Source: Candidatus Babeliales bacterium (GTDB lineage: Bacteria; Babelota; Babeliae; Babelales; JANWKD01). Taken from it: a DNA stretch of 64,000 nt. Where the stretch lies: contig CAVRJO010000002.1 of the NCBI GenBank assembly GCA_963722255.1, forward strand, positions 384,001 through 448,000, written 5' to 3'. The translations under genes and the position numbers were made by a program. Below are positions 53,235-64,000 of this stretch, in pieces (the first letter of the stretch is position 1; each line of letters begins with the position of its first letter). The notes beneath the pieces are model-generated. The model did no database searches and had not been told where the DNA came from. It was given only the letters and a program-made list of their open reading frames with translations.

Positions 53235-54494
53235 ATGAATTCCAGAGAAATCTTTTTGATAGTTCTTATATCAATAATAGTTCATCAAACTATGCAACCC
53301 ATACAAAATGTAAATGAGGGATTTATCTCAGTTTTTGGCGATCGAATTGAAGAACCCAGAGATGATCAAATCAGTATCCAATTTCAATACGGAGTTTCAA
53401 GCTTTGATGTAACAACTTCAGTAATTTCAACGGGAACAATTCAATCATCAAATTCACTTGCCGTTGTTGCATCAGGTACAAATACAACATCCTTTGCACA
53501 AATACAAACTATTGATATTCTTCCTTATCAACCCGGACACGAAAGCTACTGTTTTTTTACCGCAGGGTTTCCCGGTGGTTCAGCAGCAAATTCAACGCAA
53601 TGGATTGGATTATTTAATACAACTGACGGTGTTGCTGTTGGCTACAATAATACTACCTTTTCAATTCTATATCTCAACAATAGCGTTTCCACAATAATCC
53701 CACAAAGTTCATTTAATGGAGACACCCTCAATGGCAGTGGCCCCAGTGGATTTACCCTTAATCCCGCCAATATAAATGTCTTTAGAATTGTGTATGGATG
53801 GCTTGGAGCAGCGCCCATACTTTTTCAAATTGTAGATCAAAATGGTACTTGGATAACCTTTCACACCATTATTCGTTCAAATCTTACACAAGGTCCTTCC
53901 TTTAGCAACCCGGAACTCCAAATAACCTCTCAAGTTAACAAAGTAGGATCAACAACGGCAAACCTTTCAATTGTCTCAGCAAGTTGGAATGCCGGCAATG
54001 AAGTAAGTCTTGATCCTTCACCAAGTCAACGTTATTTTTCCGCCAATAATTCTAGCAACCCGACACTCAATGCCACAGGCATAGAAACACATATACTCAC
54101 TATTCAAAACAAACCGACGTTTCAAGGATTCACCAATAAAATCCATGCAACTATTACGTTTTTTAATGGAGGAGGCACCTCCGTAAATAGTCTAACATCA
54201 CTTATCCAATTACGCAGCAATGCAACCGTTACAGGGCTTTCTTTTTCCAACGTTAATACCGCAAACTCCATTATGCAATTTAGCACAGCCGGCACCTATG
54301 TTGCAGGAACAGGCACTCTTATACTTATTGTTCCCAATAATACTTTTGGTAGCGGACCTTGGAATCTTTTACAATTTCAAGGAAATCTAGAAATTATACT
54401 TTACCCCGGTCAATCGCTCACCATAACGGGAATAAGTTTATCAGGAGCCGGCAATACGGTAACGGCTAGTATTGGATGGCTTGAACAATTTTAA
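53235..54494 (+). CDS. exported stand-alone paralog of the 47030 head domain
   Basis: Shares YxPGHE, GGSAANSTQWIGLF, PQSSFNxDxLNGxGPSG, YGWLGAAP, PNNTFGSGP, WxExF. Confidence 0.85.
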   Translation: MNSREIFLIVLISIIVHQTMQPIQNVNEGFISVFGDRIEEPRDDQISIQFQYGVSSFDVTTSVISTGTIQSSNSLAVVASGTNTTSFAQIQTIDILPYQPGHESYCFFTAGFPGGSAANSTQWIGLFNTTDGVAVGYNNTTFSILYLNNSVSTIIPQSSFNGDTLNGSGPSGFTLNPANINVFRIVYGWLGAAPILFQIVDQNGTWITFHTIIRSNLTQGPSFSNPELQITSQVNKVGSTTANLSIVSASWNAGNEVSLDPSPSQRYFSANNSSNPTLNATGIETHILTIQNKPTFQGFTNKIHATITFFNGGGTSVNSLTSLIQLRSNATVTGLSFSNVNTANSIMQFSTAGTYVAGTGTLILIVPNNTFGSGPWNLLQFQGNLEIILYPGQSLTITGISLSGAGNTVTASIGWLEQF

Positions 54495-54504
54495 ATCAAA
54501 CAGA

Positions 54505-54535
54505 AAGAGGCGCTCGAAAGCGCCTCTTATTTTTG
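54505..54535. terminator. bidirectional terminator between convergent operons
   Basis: AAGAGGCGCT-CGAA-AGCGCCTCTT, T-rich exits on both strands. Confidence 0.85.
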
Positions 54536-54553
54536 ATGTTTACTAATCTATTA

Positions 54554-56095
54554 TTAATAACCTGACAATTGTCCAAGTCTTATATAAATAGATTTAAGCC
54601 ATTGAATTACATCAAAGGTAGTTGTTGACAAGGTATCAATAGACGAAGGCAAATCATCCCATGGATTATTTGGCGGGAATGGAGGTGTATTTGGTGGATT
54701 ATCTGCTAAATTACCAAGAACATCGCATGCACAGCTGGTTAGCGTCACAAATACTTCATTTATTGAAGTATAAACACCAGTTAGATCACAAGACCCAGCA
54801 ACGATAGCTGCAATAGCAGTAAATGTGCCATTGAAATCGGTGGTAATAGTTTGGTTAATATCCGCTAATGTAGTGTAAACGCCGTTTAAATCACAGGCAG
54901 ATATTACAATTGCTGCCAGTGTTGTAAACGTACCATTGAAATCGGTTGTAATAGTTTGGTTAATATCCGCTAATGTAGTGTAAACACCGCTTAAATCACA
55001 GGCAGATATTACAATTGCTGCCAGTGTTGTAAACGTACCATTGAAATCTGTGGTAATAGTTTGCTTAATATCCGCTAATATTGTCCACGTATCGTTAAAA
55101 TCAACTTGAATTTTTGCACAACACGTTGTCAATGTTGATTCAATGTCAAACAAGGTAGTGAAGGTGCTATCAAAATTAACTACAATATTTGAACAACATG
55201 CAGTTAAGGTGTCATTAATATTTACTACTACGGTGAATGACTCAGTAATCGATGCTATTGCAGTAAATACACCGTTAAAATCAACTTGAATGTCAGCACA
55301 ACAAGTGGTCAACGAATTTCTAATATCTGTTAATGATGTGAAGGTTCCTTCAAAATTAACTTCAATATCCGCGCAACATGTTGTTAAGGTATTTTTAACA
55401 TCTGATATTGCGGTAAAAATACTATTGAAATCCATATCAATTGCAGCTATAGAAGTAAATACTCCATTAAAATCGACTTGGATATCAGCACAACAGGTTG
55501 TTAATGATGATTTAATATCTGCAAGAATTGTCCATGTAAAAGCGAAATCTTGTTGAAGAATAGAGCAACATTGCGTTACAATCATTGTCAAACGATTAAG
55601 CAGTTGAAGAACTTCATTAAAATTACATTCAAGAACAGTTCCAACAGGCGCACCATCGGTATTTCCCGGTGCATCAGGGCGTGGTGCTCTTTCAGTCTTC
55701 ATCATCTGCGTTAACTTCTCAACAACTACAGGCAATGCTATAGCCAAATCTTGAACGTGTAATGATTTTGCACCATTTTCAAGTTGTTCATAACATCGTA
55801 AAACACCCATAGGAAGTTCATGCAATGTATGAGTTTCAAGTGCGCTTTCAATAACTATTCTTAAGAGCTCATCAAGTCGCAATCCCATCAAACTTTCCGG
55901 CGTAATAAGCATTTGCATATTATTGTCTTTAACTTCTTGTGCTAAAGACGCCATACACATCTCATCCATTTCACACTGCATTGCTGCAGGACGAGCTAGC
56001 TGTTTGTTAAAAATATGCATGGGTGTAAGTAAAACCCCAAGCGCGAGTAATGCGCTCAGGATTTTGCAATGACTTCTCTTGTGCCATTTATTCAT
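54554..56095 (-). CDS. short headless member of the APRPDAP/CC/FNGTFT fibre family
   Basis: Signal peptide, RCYEQL, APRPDAP, LTTCCADIQVDFNG repeats, ~3x105-bp repeats, Pro-rich linker and short terminal helix. Confidence 0.85.
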   Translation of the reverse strand: MNKWHKRSHCKILSALLALGVLLTPMHIFNKQLARPAAMQCEMDEMCMASLAQEVKDNNMQMLITPESLMGLRLDELLRIVIESALETHTLHELPMGVLRCYEQLENGAKSLHVQDLAIALPVVVEKLTQMMKTERAPRPDAPGNTDGAPVGTVLECNFNEVLQLLNRLTMIVTQCCSILQQDFAFTWTILADIKSSLTTCCADIQVDFNGVFTSIAAIDMDFNSIFTAISDVKNTLTTCCADIEVNFEGTFTSLTDIRNSLTTCCADIQVDFNGVFTAIASITESFTVVVNINDTLTACCSNIVVNFDSTFTTLFDIESTLTTCCAKIQVDFNDTWTILADIKQTITTDFNGTFTTLAAIVISACDLSGVYTTLADINQTITTDFNGTFTTLAAIVISACDLNGVYTTLADINQTITTDFNGTFTAIAAIVAGSCDLTGVYTSINEVFVTLTSCACDVLGNLADNPPNTPPFPPNNPWDDLPSSIDTLSTTTFDVIQWLKSIYIRLGQLSGY

Positions 56096-56121
56096 ATACT
56101 AATTCCCTTCATCTACGACCA

Positions 56122-57956
56122 TTAAAAGTTAACAACCAGGCCTAAATACCAATCGGTATCATTAAGCGCATTCTGGCCCGCAAAGGTGTGTTCCCAACCT
56201 GCAAATATTTGCCAATTGCAGCATTGTTTGAAGATTTCAGCCTTAACGGTGTGTGCTATACGTTTTGTTCTTGATTCTAATAAGCATGGATTCAGTGGTT
56301 GTGTTACCCCAAAGAAATCTTTAGCAGTAGTCACATCAAAGCTTACATGATCTTTACGTTTAACCCATGCTTGATAACCAACATCAAAGCCGATGTAATC
56401 ACAAGCGCATGGGACTAAGAACGTGAAATCAATATCACCTATAAAATATTGCCATGAAACATCACCGCAAATTCCAGGTCCGATATTTGCAATGGTAGCG
56501 CCGACAAATGGTGCACTTAATGTTTCTCTGTGACGCAATGCCCAGTAGTACCATGCATCTGCTTTAACTGCGAACCATTCACATGGCTGCCAACCTAAGT
56601 ATCCACCAACTTTTATTTCATAGTGGTGATTGTTTCCGATCGGTGATAATAAAAGTTGACTGGTTGTAGAAGTTCTTGTATCAGTTGGAAAGCGCACACC
56701 AAATATAGCTTCTGCAAACCATGCTCCATCACAAAGACAACCATCATAACGAGCGTAAAATTCGGTATCAAAGTTACCAATACCATTGTTACGCGCTGTA
56801 TCAAAGGTTATGCCATTTGCAAGAAGAAAATCAACGGGAGAAAGACCATTATTAATGCTATGGAATTGAAGAAGTTGCTTGAGACGTATCTTGCAATTTG
56901 ACAAACAGCGTCAACAAGCTCTAATGAAGCTGCATCCGATCCTGCCGTTGGAACTTCGATCATTATTGCGGGGCAACCAATAGTTTCTTTGAACTGCAGG
57001 GCTCAAACCTATACCAGCAGCATAATCAACACCGGTACCAAATACAAATTTACTTCCAGTTCCAGAACCAGCACCACTAGCCGGTAAGGCTGGTAAGTTG
57101 CGACCGTTGGTTGCGGTAAAGCAAATGGTGGTGTTGGTTGTGAACCACCATCACTTTCAATGAGATAAGCTGGTGTTTGCGCAGGTACAACATTTGATAC
57201 ATCAGCTCCATTAATACGTGTATCACCATTTGGAGCAGGGTTTGCTGTCCCATCACCATAAACAACTAATGCACTTGGAATAAATGGAGCACTTCCTGAT
57301 TGTTGCATCAAACAAAGCAGACGCGAGATCTAAACGAATTGCAAACACATCAGAACCGTTTGTTCTTGACCAACCGGAACCGGATCGCATGTTGGACAGC
57401 TTCAACGTTCATTATCAAGTACAAATAGATCAACGATACTTTCTTCTAAAGCACAACATGAATCAAGCGCCATCTTTATAGAACGGAAAGGAACACGTGC
57501 ACGGAATCCAAGACCCCATTGCTCTTCACACCCAACACGCGTTTCAAGATTAGCACCAAAAATTGCCATCTCTTCATTATAATCAAACGTAGGGGTAAGT
57601 GCTAAAATACCAAGCAAAGGATCTGAAGGAACTGGCAATGGCGTGCTTGAAGAAAACGAGTTTGCTACGGTAAATGATGGTGCACCAAAGAAAAGCGCTG
57701 CCAATGTTTCTTTTGTCGTAGAATCCTTACAGGTAAATGCGCTATTTGCATTTTTATGTAAGCCAGCTCCCCAAATATCTACATAAAGCCATTTGCATTC
57801 ATCTTTACAATCTTCATAATCAGCCCGCGCAAAGGGATAGTGGTTAAATGCATAACCGCGTTCAAGCGATTCAGGTGTCACAAACACCCGTGCTGTCACA
57901 TTGGAAAATCCAACGAAACTGAGCACCGCAAGAATCTTGAGATTTCGTTTATTCAT
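56122..57956 (-). CDS. Cys-containing outer-membrane beta-barrel-like protein, frameshifted at ~56.9-57.4 kb
   Basis: AGGAG RBS and signal peptide at 57956; fragments collinear; GIGN...GVRFPT...PIG; ends WYLGLVVNF. Confidence 0.65.
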
Positions 57957-57996
57957 ATTGCTCCTTTTTAAACGACATTTTTTTCATTATATTCTA

Positions 57997-58024
57997 AGGC
58001 CATAGACAAATAAATCTATGGCCT
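57997..58024. terminator. intergenic hairpin (partial terminator or mRNA stabiliser)
   Basis: AGGCCATAGA-8 nt-TCTATGGCCT. Confidence 0.55.
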
Positions 58025-58036
58025 ATAAAAGTTATA

Positions 58037-61000
58037 TTAAAATTCGCCTGTTCCTTGAATTTCATCAGCGCGAACAATTTGGAATGAAACAGGATCAACA
58101 TCAAGACTGACTGCCCCAATTTGTAATGAATGTAAATCATTGACAACATTATTACCTGAAGTACCATAAATTACTGGCAACACATCACGTCTAATTGTTG
58201 TACCAACAACAAATCCAAGATTATCAATATTCAATGCATTATTACCAATATTTGCTTTTGGTGAAAGTTGAGAAAAATTATCGATTGTATTTAAGTAATT
58301 AAACAATGCTTGTGGCGTAAGTCCTGCAGCCCCTAATGGTTGTGCGGTTTAGCACGATCTTGCAATAGAAGCTTACCTGACATAATACCAGATTGAATAA
58401 ATCCACCTGGTTGAACACCGGCAAATGTAGTCACTGTAGGAACAATCTGAAATTGGAATTATTTGACCATCACATCAAGTTCGGTACAGTTTACTTTGAC
58501 CATGTTGCCACCACCAAGAATTGCTGAAGTAGCGGAATTGAAGATAAATGAATAGCTACCTTCAGAACCAATTGCAAGCAATGATGCTTCTTCAATGCTA
58601 CCAGATGCAATTTGATTATGGTAGAATGTTCCACCCGGTAGTTGTACCAATTCCAAGAGGCCCACCAATAATAAGTGAACAGGTTGTCACATTGCTAAGA
58701 CAACTAACTAACCAATTGATTTGGTAGCTTGCTGCGCAGTTTGTTGAACAATACCAACACTTAAACCAAAGAAGCCATGTCGATTAATTTCAAACAATGC
58801 ACCTTGACCGGCAAGCTCTAATAGCAATGATATCGATTGTGATGTACTTGTAACGACCGTATCACCAATTTGGAATGCACCACCAGGTAATGCATCAGTA
58901 CCAATTTGAATTGATGCTTGGTCATTCAATACCCAAACAAGATTGGTTATCCAATGAACAACGTTGGAAATGTTTCAACACCAAAGTATGCATTAGCCGG
59001 AATAAACATTGATGAATCTTCAATCATGTTTATAATACCGGTACCACTCAATTTAACACGAACACTATCGGTACTATTAACATTTACAGCCGGTAATGCT
59101 TCAACTTGCGTATCAAACTCAGGTTCCATGTACCATTGCGCTTGACCGCTTAAGATAAAGGTACCGCCATTCATAATAATGCGAGCACCCGGTTCGCAAA
59201 CAAGTTTAACTTGACCGGTAATTTCAAATATTTTGAAGGGGTAGTAAATTGTGAAAGATCAAGAACACCGGTTGATTTAATACGAAGTTCTTTTGGTGTG
59301 GTTGAACTAATTGCAAGAAGTAGGCCACCATTTGCTTAAATGCCGTACCACTTAAAATATGGCATACGTTGTTAATAATAACATCTTCATTCAATTCAAT
59401 GTTACCATTACCATTTGGAACAAGCATCACACCGTTAATACCAAGAACAATAGATGCTTCAAGTGAATCAACATCTTTGTGTGCTGAACCTAACCCAACA
59501 AGACCATCATTTTGCAATACTAAGAACGCTGTAGGAGCTTGTGCTGAGTTATTACCTTGCAAGAAGACTAACTCACGAACAAATCCGCCATCAACTAACA
59601 AGTGAGCAGTATCACAAATGCGTGAACGCAAGATTTGCAATTGATCAACTTCACCTTGAATTGTCGGTAAGTTCACCAGATTGTTTTGTGTTACTGCAGG
59701 ACATGCGCATGGTGCCGGAACTTCTTCAGTATCATACGGAATAAAGCATGTTGGTGTAATAAATAAATCATTACAACAGAATGTTTTCTTAGCAGCACCC
59801 CAATCAAAGCTAAAATCAGAAAGTTGTTGACCTGGAGCAACAAGAATACGTTGTGCAGGATCTGAAAGAAGCGGTTGCCATTCTGTTATACCAATAGTTG
59901 GTTCAAAGAATGTTTGATTACTTGGTAAATTAACAATACCACCGCGGCTTTTGGTTACCATTGCACCAAAGCTTGCAATACGATTATTAATAAGACTCAA
60001 AGAACCAAGTGCATCAACAAATATTCCGCCTTCTCCCGTAACGCCAGATTCTTGTGGTAATGCAATTGTGCCACCACGAGTTTCAAATGAATAGCATGAA
60101 CCATCGATGATAACGTTTGCAGGTATTGTTAAGGGGAATGTAGCACCGAATCTATCAATTCCAACGGCACCATCAGTACCGATTGAAAAGTTACTTGCAT
60201 TATTCAAGAAGATTGTTTGAACATCATTTTGTCCGGTAATTGCTGCGATACTTGGTATACCTTGCGTAATACAGCTATCGTTATACGCAGTAAGCAAACT
60301 AACAGTGATATCAAATCCTGCTGTTTGTGCGTTTATTTGGAATACGTTAAGATGTGAATTTCCATCAGCACCTATATCACAGTTTTCAAAACAGTCATCG
60401 GTTCCTAAGATCCAATTGCGACCATAGCCATTATCGATGCAACGTCCATTGCTATAGAAAATAATAGCACTATCATTGTCACCATCCGGATCATTAGGGA
60501 ATAAGAAATCAACACCGGTTGAACAAATGTTTGAGTGTACACGCAACTTAGAATCGATTAACTCTATTGTTGGGCGAGGTCTACCTGCATGGCAGGGAAA
60601 TAAGTAACTATCACTACCAATGTAGGTTGGTTGTGATGAAAGATTAGGATTACCTAAATTCCAATGCTCATAAACTTTGTGAATCGTGTCAGTGTGAATC
60701 AAAGAAGTATTGTTCAAAGTCATGATATTGTTTATTAAGAAACAACCAAGATTGTATTGAATATAATCGCCATTTGGCTGACGATTAAAGGTTCTCTTTG
60801 GAAAGTTTGGAGCAGCAATAGAATCTATGGTAACAGGACATCCCGTTGGATCTACTTGTAATGATAAAATATTAATACCAGTTTCATCTGGGCTTGAACC
60901 AAAAATATCAAGCGGACCTTCAACATCTAAAAGAATATTTCCAGCGCAGGTACTTAATACTGAAGTATTGACCGTAAAGTCCGGCGATACGCTTCCACAA

Positions 61001-62304
61001 TTATCAACACCTGAAAGGAAGTAGATTGCTGAAGAGCCAACTAAATTAATTGTTGCCGGTGAAAAATCATCAGGCGCATCAACGATAAACGCTGAACCAT
61101 TTCTTAAACGTTCTAATGGTTCAAGAATGCCACATGCATCAGGCAATGTGAAATCACAACAAACGTTTGTTGTTGTACCAATATATGCAATATATGTTTC
61201 ATTTCCAACGGTAATAACACCTGTAGGACCTGTTAACACAAACCCCGAAACAACGCCACCAGGAAAAGTATTAATCACCGGAATACAGAAAGGATTAATT
61301 AACAATCCTTCATCAGGACACAAACTATTATTATTGATAATTTCTAGAGCAGATCCTGTTCCAAAACCGGATAAATTTGTAGTAACAAAATTTGCAGAAG
61401 CACCTGATTGAGCACCAAAATCAATATCACTAATCATAAAATTTGGTAATGTTAAATCAGCCGGATGACCGATAATATTTACACCACCACCATTTTGGAT
61501 AATAAGTTGCAATGATGAAGTTACCGCATTAGCCTTAGATTGGAAATTAAGTTCTGCAGTTGCAGTGGCATCACCAGTTTGTGCAGCAAATGTAATTAAG
61601 GAGCCGGGTCCAACAATTACTTGAGCAGGTAATCCCGTAGTAGCAACCAATGAATTTGCAAATGCAACAAATGGGCTATTTATTGTAGACATTCCTTCAA
61701 CAAAGAATGTTCCACCACTGCCGGCATCTTTAGCAGTAAAGCTTACGGATTGTCCATCACCAAGAGTAAATAGTATAGTTCCACCACCTGATGCAGTTAC
61801 GAGTAAATCAAGAGGAGTTGCTCCATTTGCAGAACCACTAAATATCAAATCGTTTGTGAGATTAAAATTAATAGTTCTACCGGCAGCTGCAAAAAGATAA
61901 AGGCGTGCAGGGGCTGCAGGGGTACCATTACATAGATTCCCCGAACCGGTAATAATTGCATCACCATTAGTAACGGAAATAGTTATATCGCAATTTATTG
62001 AAGATACATTAATTCCTCCAACAAGTGCGTTTGTACCAATAACATCAATATTTTGGTCAACAACACTATTCACTACACCTGGATTAGTCTGCCCGGCGCC
62101 ACATCCGGTATCACTCAGATTATGCCAGTTTACCGTAGTTCCACATGGTGAAAATGCTAATGGTGCAGCTACAGCAGCTATAGGGCCAACACCTTGATGA
62201 TTTGGTTTTCCGAATTTAGTCATACCTAATAATTCGGGTGCAGCCAAACCAAGGCCCACCATAAAAATTAGGCTAAAACTATTCAAGAGAAATTTTTTTC
62301 TCAT
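58037..62304 (-). CDS. giant (~1400 aa) Cys/Gly/Thr-rich exported beta-sheet protein, 3' part frameshifted
   Basis: ATG 62304 with AAGGAAG RBS and signal peptide; minus-strand fragments 58037-59174 have the same composition and are collinear. Confidence 0.7.
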
Positions 62305-62587
62305 ATCTTCTTCCTTTTTTATAGAGATTAACATTGCTTGTTTTTATAAAAACAATACTTGTCATGATAGAGAGAAAATGATGCTTCATTGAGGGAGGAA
62401 ATGCTTCTTACTACCAGTACAAATGTTATAAAAAATACCCATACTTTTCTACGCGTTTCACCTCCGTTTATCTTCTAAATATAATTTTTTTTGATAACAT
62501 TATGGCTACCTTGAGTTGGAGAGCTCGATACTTAAAGCACTCCGGAATAGTATTAAAATGCCTAAAAATAAAAGTCAAGCTTTTTAT

Positions 62588-63664
62588 CTAGCTGGCTTTT
62601 AGAGCGATCCAAATGTCATTCAGAGTTGATTTTTTGAGTATATTTTTAAAATAAAAAAGTTTATGATTTAAAGAGATATGAGCTGCAAGGATTGATGGAT
62701 AATTTTTTAAGAGATTTTGAAGATCAATAGTAGCAGGAATAAAAGTGAAAACATTAAAATGATGATTGATAACATCCGGCTTGTATAAAAAATTGATAAA
62801 CGAATAAACCGACTCCTCTTTGATGCTTGCTTTTGGAATAACCCAATTATCGGTAGTCATAAACGTTCCTTCCTGAGGAACGACAAATTCGATATTTTTT
62901 TGAACACCCATAAGTCTAAACATAGTTGGTGTGGTTGATACAACAACCGGGCATGTTGTTGATAGCAATAAATAATCGGCACGAAATTCGGTATATGCCT
63001 CAACCCATTTTTTTTGATTAATAAGAAGAGTTTTAATTTTTTGAATAGTACATTCATCAATATGTTCTAAAGAACCATTAAGATATAATGCCGTTAATAA
63101 AATCGCTTCCCGAGGATTATCAAGCATTGATATTTTGGCATGATGTGGTAATGGTTTAAAGATAAGATCCCATGAAGGTGTTAATACTTTTTGATCAAAA
63201 AAATCTCTGTTAAGTCCAATACCATAAATTCCCCAATAATAGGGAATCGAATACTCATTTTTAGGATCAAAATAAGCACCAAGCAAACGAGGTTCTATTC
63301 TATCCCATATACTAATTTTCGATTTATCTAAAACTTTTAATAATCCATCTTCTTTGAGGAGTTCAACCGTATGATCGGATGGAATTATTAAATCATAACC
63401 CTCACCTTTAGTTGCTCTTATCTTTACTAACAATTCATCATTATTATCAAAATAGCTTATGTTAACATGAATACCTGTTTCATCTTCAAATTTTTTTATC
63501 ATAACTTCATCAAGCATATCAGTCCATGTAGCAACATTAATTGACTCTTTTGAGCTCAATGAATAAAAAAGAATTGGTAAATAAAGAACACCAAAAAAAA
63601 TAGCCACCCAAAAAATGAGTATCAAAAATTTGGTAGAGAAGCGAATGAAAAATGAATCGTCCAT
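62588..63664 (-). CDS. potD: spermidine/putrescine ABC substrate-binding protein
   Basis: FEDETGI.V...FDNNDE, GYDLIIPSD, DP.N.YSIPYYWG, PQEG....DNW.IP. Confidence 0.9.
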   Translation of the reverse strand: MDDSFFIRFSTKFLILIFWVAIFFGVLYLPILFYSLSSKESINVATWTDMLDEVMIKKFEDETGIHVNISYFDNNDELLVKIRATKGEGYDLIIPSDHTVELLKEDGLLKVLDKSKISIWDRIEPRLLGAYFDPKNEYSIPYYWGIYGIGLNRDFFDQKVLTPSWDLIFKPLPHHAKISMLDNPREAILLTALYLNGSLEHIDECTIQKIKTLLINQKKWVEAYTEFRADYLLLSTTCPVVVSTTPTMFRLMGVQKNIEFVVPQEGTFMTTDNWVIPKASIKEESVYSFINFLYKPDVINHHFNVFTFIPATIDLQNLLKNYPSILAAHISLNHKLFYFKNILKKSTLNDIWIALKAS

Positions 63665-63666
63665 AA

Positions 63667-63999
63667 TTAAAATATCCGTATTTTTGATTGCAACCAACAA
63701 AACACTAACACCAAAAGACTACTTACCAATAATAAGAGTGTTGAAAGAGCATTTAACATGGGAGATATGCCTGTTCTGATTGTTGCATAAATATACAAAG
63801 GCAATGTTTGCGCTTCAGTTCCGGCACAAAAAAATGCAATAAAAAAATCATCAAAGGATATCACAAAAACTAAAAGACCTGAGGCAATTAATGCAGGAAT
63901 AAGCAAAGGGACAACGACACGAAAAAAGGTTTGATTAATCGATGCACCCAAATCCAAAGAAGCTTCAAGTAATGCAGGATCTATTTCAGCAAAACGTGA
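63667..63999 (-). CDS. potC: spermidine/putrescine ABC permease (3' part)
   Basis: LLEASLDLGA (EAA loop), SFDDF, TLPLYIY...R.G.SP..NAL. Confidence 0.88.
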   Translation of the reverse strand, partial: SRFAEIDPALLEASLDLGASINQTFFRVVVPLLIPALIASGLLVFVISFDDFFIAFFCAGTEAQTLPLYIYATIRTGISPMLNALSTLLLLVSSLLVLVFCWLQSKIRIF

Positions 64000-64000
64000 T

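Noticed and set aside
50610..54494. Diversity-generating retroelement (template/variable repeat pair)
   Set aside because: No reverse transcriptase; the paralogs differ throughout, not only at adenines

Overview
AT-rich bacterial chromosome segment, most likely from an obligate intracellular parasite of protists in Babelota/Dependentiae (TM6). This is an inference from the Npt/Tlc nucleotide translocase, ankyrin and F-box-like proteins and many signal-peptide orphans. Housekeeping genes (gatB, rluB-like, orn, comM/yifB, acpS, tRNA-fMet, murJ, lon, tilS, metG, potCD) are interspersed with orphan exported proteins and an MNT-HEPN toxin-antitoxin pair. The most striking content is an apparent modular surface-fibre kit (29993-35692 and 47030-62304). 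Three proteins share an N-terminal 'RCYE...APRPDAP' domain and a Cys-Cys/(D/E)FNGTFT repeat stalk. Two carry different heads (beta-helix+WD40, or a virus-like beta-sandwich) and one has none. Stand-alone head genes, a Phe-terminated beta-barrel and a giant Cys-rich exported protein lie alongside. About ten unrelated orphan proteins place a Met (mostly Met-Glu/Asp/Asn) right after the predicted signal-peptidase site. A compact unannotated sRNA candidate lies at ~936-1031 (minus). Clusters of frameshifts in lon, metG and 56.9-59.4 kb look like assembly errors.
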